From: Patescibacteria group bacterium
Lineage (GTDB): Bacteria > Patescibacteriota > WWE3 > UBA101185 > UBA10185
DNA: 64,000 nt
Direction of reading: 5' to 3'
Assembly (NCBI GenBank): GCA_032117075.1
Contig: JAUMAA010000001.1
Span: forward strand, 13,597-77,596
The translations under genes and the position numbers were made by a program. The notes beneath the pieces are model-generated. The model was not told the DNA's origin. It saw nothing but the letters and a program-made list of their open reading frames with translations, and did no database searches. Below are positions 35,614 to 44,840 of the stretch, piece by piece. Position 1 is the first letter of the stretch, and every line of letters begins with the position of its first letter.

Positions 35614-37380
35614 ATGATAGGTTTTTTGAACAAAGATAAAAATACAGTTTCTAATCAAAATGACGAGCTTTCTTTTAAACAAGAAGCAGGTAAACCAGAA
35701 TTTAAAATATTATCACTTTCAGGAAGTTTTTCTGCAACTAAAAACATGACTGTTTATGAATGTGGTGAGGATATTATTATTGTTGACTGTGGTATTGGTT
35801 TTCCAGAAAAATCAATGCATGGTGTTGATTTGGTAATTCCAGATTTTTCATATCTAAGAGATAAAAAAGATAGAATCAGAGGTTTGTTTATAACTCACTC
35901 ACACGAAGACCATATTGGAGCTGTGGCCTTCTTTTTAGAAGAGTTTGATGTCCCAATGTACTCTTCAAGATTAGCTCAAGAATATGTAAAAGAAAAAATA
36001 AAAGATAGAGGCTTGGCTGATGTTGCAAGAAGGGTAGAATTTAAAACATTTGTGCCTGAGGATTCTCCAGTTGTTTTAGGAAATTTTAAAATTTCAGGAT
36101 TTAGAACTAACCACTCTGTACCTTCAGGTGTAGCTTATATAATTGATACTCCTCAAGGAAGGGTTGTACATGCTGCTGACTATAAATTTGATACCGATCC
36201 AGTATTAGACAAACCTGCAGATGTTGCTGCAATTAGAAGAGTTGGAGATGCTGGTGTTTTATGTATGCTTTCTGACTGTTTAGGTTGTTCTGTAGATGGC
36301 GGAAGTACTCCAGAGACTACTCTAGCTCCTACATTTGAATCGGTTATGAAAAATGCTTATGGTAGACAACTATTTATTACTGTTATTTCTTCAAATTTAG
36401 CAAGAATGCACCAGATTATTGAAGCATCTATAAAACACGGAAGAAAAGTAGTTTTATCAGGAAGATCTATGGACCAAACTGTCAGAATAGGAACTGAACT
36501 AGGTTATTTACCTTTTGCTAAAGAGAATTATGTGAATGAAAAAGAAGCTTTTAAATTAGATCAATCAAAACTTACCTATTTAATCGCCGGATGTTTTGGT
36601 CAGGTAGGTTCATCATTAGATAGGGTTTCAAAAGGCGAGAATGATGACATTTTACTTCAAGAAAATGCTTTAGTTGTGTTTTCAGCAGAACCTAATCCTC
36701 CTGGGGTAGATGTCGATGTTTTAGCGATGATGGATCGGTTGGTAATGGAAGGTGCTGAGATTTATGCACAATTCCTTCACTCAAGAGTTCATGAACACCT
36801 ACATATCTCAGGACACGGTCACAGGGATGACCTGAAATTAATGGCCAACCTACTTAAACCAAAATATATTATTCCTATCGGAGATACCGTTGTTAAAATG
36901 AGGGTTTATAAAGAAATGATGCAGGATGAGATGGGAATTTCAGAAGATAGAATTTTTGAAATGATGGATGGTGATTCTTTGATTTTCAATAATGGTGTCG
37001 CAAAAATGGGTAAAAAAATTGATACCGAGGATGTTTTTGTAAATTCCAATACCTATACTCAAATTCCAGCTATAGTTGTTAAAGACAGGGATAAACTTTC
37101 TACCGATGGAATTTTTGTCGTTACAGTTGTTTTAGATAAAGATAGAATGCCGATTAAAGGTAAAGTAGATATTGTTACTAGAGGTTTAGTTGTTGTATCT
37201 GATTCAAAGATTTTTATTGGAAAAGCTAAGGATATTGTGAATAAAACTTTGGATAAAAATACAGATAAGATAAACGAATGGAATTTCTTAAAAGGAAAGA
37301 TTGAAAAAAATATTGAAAGATTTATCTATAAAGAAACTGGAAAAAGACCAATCATTCTGATTATTGGAATTAATTCGTAG
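35614..37380 (+). CDS. rnj: ribonuclease J
   Basis: Metallo-beta-lactamase HxHxDH (ITHSHEDHIGA); beta-CASP and C-terminal domains; 588 aa. Confidence 0.9.
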   Translation: MIGFLNKDKNTVSNQNDELSFKQEAGKPEFKILSLSGSFSATKNMTVYECGEDIIIVDCGIGFPEKSMHGVDLVIPDFSYLRDKKDRIRGLFITHSHEDHIGAVAFFLEEFDVPMYSSRLAQEYVKEKIKDRGLADVARRVEFKTFVPEDSPVVLGNFKISGFRTNHSVPSGVAYIIDTPQGRVVHAADYKFDTDPVLDKPADVAAIRRVGDAGVLCMLSDCLGCSVDGGSTPETTLAPTFESVMKNAYGRQLFITVISSNLARMHQIIEASIKHGRKVVLSGRSMDQTVRIGTELGYLPFAKENYVNEKEAFKLDQSKLTYLIAGCFGQVGSSLDRVSKGENDDILLQENALVVFSAEPNPPGVDVDVLAMMDRLVMEGAEIYAQFLHSRVHEHLHISGHGHRDDLKLMANLLKPKYIIPIGDTVVKMRVYKEMMQDEMGISEDRIFEMMDGDSLIFNNGVAKMGKKIDTEDVFVNSNTYTQIPAIVVKDRDKLSTDGIFVVTVVLDKDRMPIKGKVDIVTRGLVVVSDSKIFIGKAKDIVNKTLDKNTDKINEWNFLKGKIEKNIERFIYKETGKRPIILIIGINS

Positions 37381-39967
37381 ACTCCATTTCAAAACCTGTT
37401 TCTTTAATTAATCTATCTTTTTGTTCTTTTCCTAAATCCTTTTCAATAAGCTTTAAGAGTCTAGAAAAATTATTATAGTAAATTGTTTTTTTAATCTCAT
37501 CACTAAAATCTTTTCTAGTCAAAAATAATAAATTTTTATTTTGGAGAATATCCTCATAAAGTTGCATTCTTTTTTCTGGAAATTCTTGCCAAATTCTCTC
37601 AATTGAAAACATACTGGAATAAAAAGTTTCTTTATCGCTTTTTTTAATTTCTAGGATTAGAGGAGTTAGCTTTGGGTCATCTTTATCGTATTTTTGAAGA
37701 AGATTTGAATTGATACTTATGATTTGTTCATTTGAATCAGTATTTGATTTAATTATTTCTAGAATTTTTATTGTTGCATTTTTTCTTTCTGCATCATCTA
37801 AATTTAGATCGTAAATCATTAACCCAATTTTTTCTAATATATATTTCAAAACGAAATCCTTTGAAGATTTATCAATTTGGTCATTTTTAAAAAATTCATC
37901 TAATTGATTGTTCTTAAATAAATTAAAAAAAATGCTTTTAATTATCTGACTATCTGGGTATTCAATTTTTTCTTTTTCAAAAGGTTTTCTTTTATCTATG
38001 AATTCATTAAAATCTTTAATACACGACTCTAGGTCTGGCGATAGTTTTAAATAGTTTTCAAAATTAAAATAAGTTATGGCAATAGGATTGAATTCATTCC
38101 AAAATTTTTCATCCTTTTCTTTTGCAAAATTTATTACTCTGTAAACTTGGGCAATATCCATTTCAGTTTTAAGTAATCCCTTTATTAAGGCTTCGGTTGT
38201 ATACCTATGAAATTTAGCATTTTTAAGAAACTCGGTTACCTGAACTTCTAAATCTGGGTCTTTAGAATAAGTTGACAAAATTAGTTCGTCATCAAAAAAA
38301 TTAAAATCATCATAATAAATCCTATCTTCTGTTTTTAATTTATTTATAAATTTTAAATTTTCTTTGATAATTTTTTCAAGCATTTGCGGGTTTTTTGTTT
38401 TAATGTAATTTAAAACTTCAGCAAGGTGTAAATTCCCTACCGAAAGTATTGTTTCGGGGGATAACTTTCCCTTTTCAAATAATTTCAATATGTTTTCAAT
38501 TGTTTCATTTTTTAATCCAAAAAAATCTGCCCTTTCAATTTGAAATTCGCATTTAAAGTTATTTACAAATCTCTTTAACTCATCACTTTTAAACTCTTCT
38601 GATGCATTACTAAAAACCATTGAGGGAATTGGATATTCGTTACTTGTAACATCTCCTGTTAAATGGCTTTGATAGTCAGGGTTACGATTTGCAAGATAGT
38701 ATGTTAATTTTCCATCCAATCCTTTTCTTCTAATTATTCTCTTTTGTATATCTTCTTCTAAGTTTTGAATTCCCCGTTCTAAAAGTTTCTGATCCAAAGG
38801 TTCTGCTTCCAAAATATAAAATCTATTAGCCTCATCTGGGATTTTTGAAGCAAAATTTCCGTCGTTAATAGCTATTTTTCCAGAAGGTAGTTTTATATCG
38901 ATAAAGGTGTGCCCAGGTACTAATATCCTGCTGTATTCAAGCCCGAAAAATTCACATAAAGCTGCAAATGATTCTACCTTACCAGCACAAATTGCTTTTT
39001 CATTTGCTAGTACATATTTTAATGCTGAGGTTTGAATAGAGGGTATGCTTTCATCGTGCGGAAACAAAGTAGTTATTTTGTTTCCGCAAATGATTAAAAT
39101 GTCTTTAACTTTCTGGTCTTGCTCTGAAAGTTTGATTTTTTTGACCTCAGGATCAAGGGAACTAGTTTTTATTTTTTCAACTTCGGCTATAACATTCTGG
39201 ATAATTTTTTTTGCTTCTAAAAAATTTATTTCTGGAGAGACTATTCTTTCACCTCTTTGATTAACTTGTTCGACTGGTGATTCAAGTTTTTTCATTAAAT
39301 TAAGAATGTTAATAAAATTTGCTGTTTCAAAATAATCTTTAATTAATTCTGTTCCAAATTTTTCACCTCTTTCTGGTTTCAGATATCTTTCTAAGTGCTT
39401 TAAAGCTTTAGGATTTTGTACTAATTTTTTAAATCTATCTTGGTAACTATCTTTTTGTGTTTCAGTTTGTTTGGATGATAGTTGTTCAATTTTTTCTAAA
39501 ATACTTGCTTTAAATTTATCTCTATCTTCCCCAACTAAGGTTTGATCTACAATCTCATTAATAGTTTCTTCCCAAGAATTAATTTGAGTGATTATTTCTT
39601 CATTTGCACTTCCTTCAGAAAGTATTTGTTTAAAAACATGAATTCTGCTTAGAATTTCAGAAAACTTTTGTAGTGTTTTAGATTTTTCTCCTAATAAAGA
39701 ATAAACTAATTCGTGACTAGTTGATGTAGCCGATTCTTTTTCAAGCCCCGCTCTAATGTCTTGTGTTATTTTTGCTAATCCAATTATTCTTGGAATTCTA
39801 ACACTTGTAGAAACCTCCTGTATTTCTGCAACTTCTTCGTCCCCACCCTTAATTTCAATAGAAAGTTTACTTGCTTCCTCAGTTCCTGCAAGAATTTCAG
39901 TAGCTTTAGTGACTCCTTCTACATTTATCGATTCTTCAATTCTTTTGGAAATTTCTATACCCATCAT
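37370..39967 (-). CDS. large (865 aa) cytoplasmic protein with a transglutaminase-like Cys-His-Asp core
   Basis: AICAGKVESFAALCEFFGLEYSRILVPGHTFIDIKLPSGKIAINDGN fits the TGase-like pattern G.C..fA.l...l...Gi.aR.V.G..H.w.e......W...Dp (Cys nucleophile, His, Asp). No TM segments. The remaining ~800 aa are helical with no recognised domain. Confidence 0.45.
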   Translation of the reverse strand: MMGIEISKRIEESINVEGVTKATEILAGTEEASKLSIEIKGGDEEVAEIQEVSTSVRIPRIIGLAKITQDIRAGLEKESATSTSHELVYSLLGEKSKTLQKFSEILSRIHVFKQILSEGSANEEIITQINSWEETINEIVDQTLVGEDRDKFKASILEKIEQLSSKQTETQKDSYQDRFKKLVQNPKALKHLERYLKPERGEKFGTELIKDYFETANFINILNLMKKLESPVEQVNQRGERIVSPEINFLEAKKIIQNVIAEVEKIKTSSLDPEVKKIKLSEQDQKVKDILIICGNKITTLFPHDESIPSIQTSALKYVLANEKAICAGKVESFAALCEFFGLEYSRILVPGHTFIDIKLPSGKIAINDGNFASKIPDEANRFYILEAEPLDQKLLERGIQNLEEDIQKRIIRRKGLDGKLTYYLANRNPDYQSHLTGDVTSNEYPIPSMVFSNASEEFKSDELKRFVNNFKCEFQIERADFFGLKNETIENILKLFEKGKLSPETILSVGNLHLAEVLNYIKTKNPQMLEKIIKENLKFINKLKTEDRIYYDDFNFFDDELILSTYSKDPDLEVQVTEFLKNAKFHRYTTEALIKGLLKTEMDIAQVYRVINFAKEKDEKFWNEFNPIAITYFNFENYLKLSPDLESCIKDFNEFIDKRKPFEKEKIEYPDSQIIKSIFFNLFKNNQLDEFFKNDQIDKSSKDFVLKYILEKIGLMIYDLNLDDAERKNATIKILEIIKSNTDSNEQIISINSNLLQKYDKDDPKLTPLILEIKKSDKETFYSSMFSIERIWQEFPEKRMQLYEDILQNKNLLFLTRKDFSDEIKKTIYYNNFSRLLKLIEKDLGKEQKDRLIKETGFEMESTN

Positions 39968-40005
39968 TTAATAATACCTTATTTAAATTTGGTATTATAT
40001 ACATA

Positions 40006-42186
40006 ATGTCTAAAAGAGGTAGAAAAAAGAAACTAAGACTAAATATTAAACCAGAAACAATTAAATCTGTTTCTGCTGTTTTTTTGATACTATTTGGTTC
40101 GCTATCTCTTTGGTCTTTAATGGCACCTTCATATAAGTTAACGAGTGTCTTCTACAATTACTTAAATTTAGTTTTGGGGATTGGTTCATACATTTTTCCT
40201 ATCGCTCTCATATTTACTGGAATTTTAATGCTTTGGCCTATTGATAAAAAGTTTTTAAATTTGAGAATAACTGTTGCTCTTTATTTATTAATTGTATTAG
40301 TTGCTTCGATAGGTGAATCCCTATCAGTTGGTTTGGGTGGAAAATTAGGTTTTTTTGTTTCAAATTTGTTGTCAGTAAATATAGGTTTTATTGGAAACTT
40401 AATAGTTTTATTTTTATCCTTTTTTGCCGTACTAATATTCTTAACAGATATTCCTACACCAATGATTCAAGCATTTATCTCTAATTTAAATTTAAAGAAA
40501 AAAACTCAATTTGAAGAGACTGCAAATGAATTAGAGGATAATTTGAATGGTGATGAGGAAGATGTTGAAATTGGAGATAATATCTATACCGAAATTCCTT
40601 CTCTGTCGGCACCGGTAGAGGATAATGTAATTGCACCTGTTTCAATTACTAAACCTACTAAAAGTAAATCAAATGTTCAAAATACTTCTCCTTTTGAAAA
40701 AATATCTGACACAATATGGGAGTATCCGCCAATATCCCTTCTTGATGAGCCAGACAAGACCCCTATAGATAGTGGTGATGTGAAGGAAAATAAAAACATC
40801 ATTGAAGATGTATTTAATAGGTTTGATATTAAATGCAAAGTTATTGCTATTCAACCAGGTCCGTCTGTTACACAATACTCTGTAGAGCTTTTAGATATTG
40901 CTAAACTTAATCAGGCAACAAACTTAGGGCCAAATTTAGCAATGGCTCTTAGATCTGTATCTGGAACAGTTAGGCTTCAAGCACCAATACCTGGAACAAA
41001 TTTGATAGGAATTGAAGTTCCAAATAAAAATAGAATTAAGGTAAGTATAAAAACATTATTAAATTCAGACAGAATGAAGAATTCATCTGAAAAATTAAAT
41101 ATTGTCATTGGTTTGGATGTTTCAGGAAAACCAGAAATCTATAATGTAGCTAAAATGCCTCATATGCTTGTAGCAGGAGCGACAGGAACCGGAAAGTCGG
41201 TATTTTTACATACAATCTTATTTTCAATTCTTTTTAGAAATAGCCCATCAGAATGTAAATTAATAATTATCGATCCAAAAGAAGTAGATTTTAGTAGATA
41301 TGAAGGAATCCCTCATTTGATGGCACCGATTATTACTGATTCTAAGGTTGTCCCGAATGTTTTCAAATGGCTTGTAAGCGAAATGGGAAGAAGGTATGGG
41401 TTACTTAGAACAGCAGAGGCAAGTAATATTGAAGAATATAACGAAAAAGCAGGATTTCAAGCAATGCCGAACATCGTTATTCTAGTTGAAGAGTATGCCG
41501 ATATCATGCTTACAGAAGGGGCTTCAGAGATTGAAAGAGGTATTCAGGCATTAGCTCAAAAGGCAAGAGCGGCTGGAATTCATTTGGTTATTGCTACTCA
41601 AAGACCCTCAAGGGATGTTATTAACGGCACCTTAAAGGCAAATATCCCATGTAAAATTTCATTTACAGTAAACAGTCAGATTGATTCAAGAGTAATTTTA
41701 GATCAACCTGGTGCTGAAAAACTACTTGGAAAAGGCGACATGTTGTTTTACCCTCAAGATTATTCAAAGCCTATTAGAATTCAAGCCCCAATGGTTTCAA
41801 AAGATGAGTTAAAACATTTGATAGATTACTTAAAATCTCAAGGTATTGAACCGGAATATAATACTGAGGTTACATCACTTCCTGTCAGGGAACTTCCAGG
41901 GGCTGGTCTTGGGAATGATGAAATTGACGAGTTTTATGATGTTGCAAAGGAATATGTTATAGCTGCACAAAGAGCCTCAGCTTCATTATTGCAAACTAGA
42001 CTATCGATTGGATTCAATAGAGCAACAAGACTATTACAGCAATTAGAGAACAATGGAATTGTTGGTCCTCAAAACGGTGCTAAACCTAGAACAGTGTTAG
42101 TCAAGAATTCAGGAAATGATATGACAGATGCTTTTGAGAAGTCTGAGGATATGGAAGAGGATAACGAAAAAGATTTCGCTGCTTAA
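40006..42186 (+). CDS. ftsK: DNA translocase FtsK
   Basis: 4-5 N-terminal TM helices; acidic linker; motor domain with Walker A LVAGATGTGKSVFL and Walker B; C-terminal gamma (winged-helix) domain. Confidence 0.9.
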   Translation: MSKRGRKKKLRLNIKPETIKSVSAVFLILFGSLSLWSLMAPSYKLTSVFYNYLNLVLGIGSYIFPIALIFTGILMLWPIDKKFLNLRITVALYLLIVLVASIGESLSVGLGGKLGFFVSNLLSVNIGFIGNLIVLFLSFFAVLIFLTDIPTPMIQAFISNLNLKKKTQFEETANELEDNLNGDEEDVEIGDNIYTEIPSLSAPVEDNVIAPVSITKPTKSKSNVQNTSPFEKISDTIWEYPPISLLDEPDKTPIDSGDVKENKNIIEDVFNRFDIKCKVIAIQPGPSVTQYSVELLDIAKLNQATNLGPNLAMALRSVSGTVRLQAPIPGTNLIGIEVPNKNRIKVSIKTLLNSDRMKNSSEKLNIVIGLDVSGKPEIYNVAKMPHMLVAGATGTGKSVFLHTILFSILFRNSPSECKLIIIDPKEVDFSRYEGIPHLMAPIITDSKVVPNVFKWLVSEMGRRYGLLRTAEASNIEEYNEKAGFQAMPNIVILVEEYADIMLTEGASEIERGIQALAQKARAAGIHLVIATQRPSRDVINGTLKANIPCKISFTVNSQIDSRVILDQPGAEKLLGKGDMLFYPQDYSKPIRIQAPMVSKDELKHLIDYLKSQGIEPEYNTEVTSLPVRELPGAGLGNDEIDEFYDVAKEYVIAAQRASASLLQTRLSIGFNRATRLLQQLENNGIVGPQNGAKPRTVLVKNSGNDMTDAFEKSEDMEEDNEKDFAA

Positions 42187-42237
42187 TTCTTTAAATTATT
42201 AATATTAAAGGTTTTATTTTTCTATTTATTTAATAGA

Positions 42238-42990
42238 ATGTTAAGCATGGGTTCAAAAATAGGCGAAATTCTTAAAAATAGAAGAGAAGACATAGGTTTG
42301 GATTATGGCATTTGTTCGTCTCAACTTAAAATTCAAAGAAAATATCTAGAGGGCATAGAAAACACTGATTACAGTATGTTTGATAATAGTTATCAGGCAT
42401 TAGGTTTTATTCAAAACTATATTGAATTTTTAGGTTTGAATCCCGTTACTTTAATACCGAGATGGAGAAAAGAGGTATTAGATTTTTTTAAAAACGAGGA
42501 TACCTTTAAAGATGTGTACTTTAAACCTAAGAAAAAAAGAAAAGTAAGTATTATTTTAACAGCCGATAAAATCATAAATTCAGCATTAATATTTCTTTTT
42601 CTAATATTTTTAACTTATATTTTTTATACCTACCAACAAACTACTTCAGCACCTATGCTTGAGATTACTAGTCCCGAAAATAATCAAATTACTGAAGCAG
42701 ATATTATTGATATTTTCGGTAAAACAGATAAGGATGCAGAGTTAAAATTAAACAATGATAAAATTACAATTCATACCGACGGAAACTTTTCTACAAGTAT
42801 TAAATTAGCAGAAGGTATAAATACCTTTAAATTTACAAGTATTAATCCTTATAAAAGAGAGACCGTTAAGATTTTAACAATTATATATAGACCAAAGAAA
42901 ATAGAAATATATAATCCTCCAATTGAATCCCCAGAAATTAAAACAGAGCCCTCGACAAGTGTCTCAAAACCTGGAATTAAAACCAATTAG
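42238..42990 (+). CDS. rodZ: RodZ-like HTH + TM cytoskeletal protein
   Basis: N-terminal XRE-type HTH ending in KYLEGIENTDY (compare the RodZ RYLEAIENEDF); one TM helix (ALIFLFLIFLTYIFY); extracytoplasmic C-terminal domain. Confidence 0.5.
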   Translation: MLSMGSKIGEILKNRREDIGLDYGICSSQLKIQRKYLEGIENTDYSMFDNSYQALGFIQNYIEFLGLNPVTLIPRWRKEVLDFFKNEDTFKDVYFKPKKKRKVSIILTADKIINSALIFLFLIFLTYIFYTYQQTTSAPMLEITSPENNQITEADIIDIFGKTDKDAELKLNNDKITIHTDGNFSTSIKLAEGINTFKFTSINPYKRETVKILTIIYRPKKIEIYNPPIESPEIKTEPSTSVSKPGIKTN

Positions 42991-43005
42991 TTTCTTGGAT
43001 TTATT

Positions 43006-43668
43006 CTAGAAAATTTTTTTTACTTCATCGAAAATAGTTTCATGGTTTAAGATATGGTAATCACTGCTTGAAATTTGTTTATAAAGAACTGTAGTAGGAT
43101 TGATAACAAATTTATTTTGGGCTAATTCCAAAAGTGGTAAGTCTGATTCAGAATCTCCAAATACAGAAAAAGGTTTAATGCCTGTAAATTTTGAATTTTC
43201 AAGAAGATAGTATTTATTAAATACAAGTTCTGGTTTATCAAGATATTCACCATTATTTAAAAATTTATTGGCTAAATAATTTTCAATTCTTAAAAAACTT
43301 GCTATCTCTTTTACAATAAAATCAGGTTCAAGTGAGACAAGTAAATATTCATATTCAGGGTAGTTGTTTATAGTTTTAAAAACATAATCGTAAAATTTAT
43401 GATGATTTTTAAACAAGCATTCCTTAAATTCATTTTTAATAATATCAGGTTGTATATTTTTTACTTCTTCGAAAAAATAGTTTAAGCAATCTCTTACTAA
43501 TTCATCATATGATTCAAATCCAGTTTGATAGGTTACGAATTCAAAACCTAAGGATGACAGAATTTTAGGTGAGATAAGATTTTTTTGGACTAAATGAAGG
43601 GAGAAATCTAAAAAAACACTTCCGTCGTAAATCGTTCTATCAATATCAAAAATTACTAATTTCTTCAT
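43006..43668 (-). CDS. HAD-superfamily hydrolase
   Basis: N-terminal motif I LVIFDIDRTIYDG (DxD); 220 aa with HAD-like architecture. Confidence 0.6.
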   Translation of the reverse strand: MKKLVIFDIDRTIYDGSVFLDFSLHLVQKNLISPKILSSLGFEFVTYQTGFESYDELVRDCLNYFFEEVKNIQPDIIKNEFKECLFKNHHKFYDYVFKTINNYPEYEYLLVSLEPDFIVKEIASFLRIENYLANKFLNNGEYLDKPELVFNKYYLLENSKFTGIKPFSVFGDSESDLPLLELAQNKFVINPTTVLYKQISSSDYHILNHETIFDEVKKIF

Positions 43669-43697
43669 AAAATGATATTAACATTTTGAAATAATGT

Positions 43698-43726
43698 TTG
43701 ACACTTAACATAGATGGTGGTTTAAT
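43698..43726 (+). promoter_or_regulatory. sigma-70-type promoter (TTGACA-17-TTTAAT), followed by a hairpin that overlaps the RBS of the downstream gene
   Basis: TTGACA at 43698-43703, a 17-nt spacer, TTTAAT at 43721-43726. Downstream, CCUGCC-N14-GGCAGG (about 43739-43764) overlaps GGCAGGAGAAAAAUAUG. Confidence 0.4.
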
Positions 43727-43771
43727 AAATATATATACCTGCCCAAGTATTTTCTCCGGCAGGAGAAAAAT

Positions 43772-44020
43772 ATGGATTTTAATTTAGTTTTAATTTTAAT
43801 ATTATCTGTGATTACAATTAATATGCTTGTAGTTGGTTTTTATATTGTAGTAACTTTAAAAGATTTTAGAGAAACTTTAAAAAAAATGAATGTTGTTTTA
43901 GATGATACAGGTAAAATTGTTCATAATGTAGCCAATCCTTTAAATATGGTTGGTGGTTTTTTATCTACAATTTTAGATGCTTTTCATAAAACAAAATCAG
44001 TTACTTCTTTAAGAGATTAA
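43772..44020 (+). CDS. DUF948-like small membrane protein
   Basis: 82 aa; N-terminal TM helix (LVLILILSVITINMLVVGFYIVV) then an amphipathic helix. Paired with the next YtxH-like gene. Confidence 0.4.
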   Translation: MDFNLVLILILSVITINMLVVGFYIVVTLKDFRETLKKMNVVLDDTGKIVHNVANPLNMVGGFLSTILDAFHKTKSVTSLRD

Positions 44021-44022
44021 AT

Positions 44023-44406
44023 ATGAATGGAAATAATCAAAATAATAACCAAGCTTGTCCAACATGTCAGAGCACTTCTAATGCTTTTGTAACTGGTGCG
44101 GCAGTAGGAGCTGCTCTAGGTGTTGCTATTGCCTTACTCTTTTCTCCGGGAAATGGAGAACAAAATAGAAAAACATTTATGAAGGCTGCTAATAATACCC
44201 GAAAGTATTTAGGTGAAAAGATTGAGGAAGCAGAAGAAGCACTTGAGGACTTTAAAGAAGACACTACAGAATTTATTCACCAAGTTGAGAAAAAAGCCGC
44301 ACCAATTAGAAGACATACTGCAAAGTATGCCTCAGAAGAACTAGAAAATACCGAAGAAACAGGCAGGGATACTAGAAAGAAATTCTTTAAGGGTGTCAAA
44401 ATTTAG
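44023..44406 (+). CDS. YtxH-like protein
   Basis: GAAVGAALGVAIALLFSPGNGEQNRK is the YtxH-family glycine-zipper motif, followed by a charged helical tail. Confidence 0.5.
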   Translation: MNGNNQNNNQACPTCQSTSNAFVTGAAVGAALGVAIALLFSPGNGEQNRKTFMKAANNTRKYLGEKIEEAEEALEDFKEDTTEFIHQVEKKAAPIRRHTAKYASEELENTEETGRDTRKKFFKGVKI

Positions 44407-44432
44407 TTCTAGGATGCTATAATACTCCTCTT

Positions 44433-44756
44433 ATGGATATTCAAAATACTATAAATAAAGCTGAAAATATTTCATCTGAAACAAGAATTCCAGTAGTTGA
44501 TAAAACTCTTGAGAATACTCCTTCTGAACTTAAAGTTGTAGAAGTAGTAGAAGATGAGTCAAAAAGACTTGGTCTTAAAGCTGAGGAAGAAATGTTGGCC
44601 TCTATGGATGAGAGTATTTCTAACACAGCAGTAAGAACCATCTCAAATCCAGCTGTTACAGAAAAAGGTTTTATTAAAACAGAAGAAGGTGCCGCAAGAG
44701 TTGAAAACCCTACAAGAGAGTTTGCCGATCAGTTATTAAGACAAATTTCAAAATAG
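44433..44756 (+). CDS. hypothetical acidic protein, 107 aa
   Basis: ORF only; no motif recognised. Confidence 0.3.
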   Translation: MDIQNTINKAENISSETRIPVVDKTLENTPSELKVVEVVEDESKRLGLKAEEEMLASMDESISNTAVRTISNPAVTEKGFIKTEEGAARVENPTREFADQLLRQISK

Positions 44757-44840
44757 TTTTTTTTCCAAAATAGTTTTTTCAAGAATAATCATCGCATTTA
44801 ATTTAGTGATAATTATATTTTTTGTTGATATTATATAAAT

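Noticed and set aside
44749-44779. Tandem 'CAAAATAGTTTTTT' x2 after the 44433..44756 ORF
   Set aside because: It is a short AT-rich duplication with no hairpin potential. It is probably a slippage product in the 3' UTR rather than a functional element.
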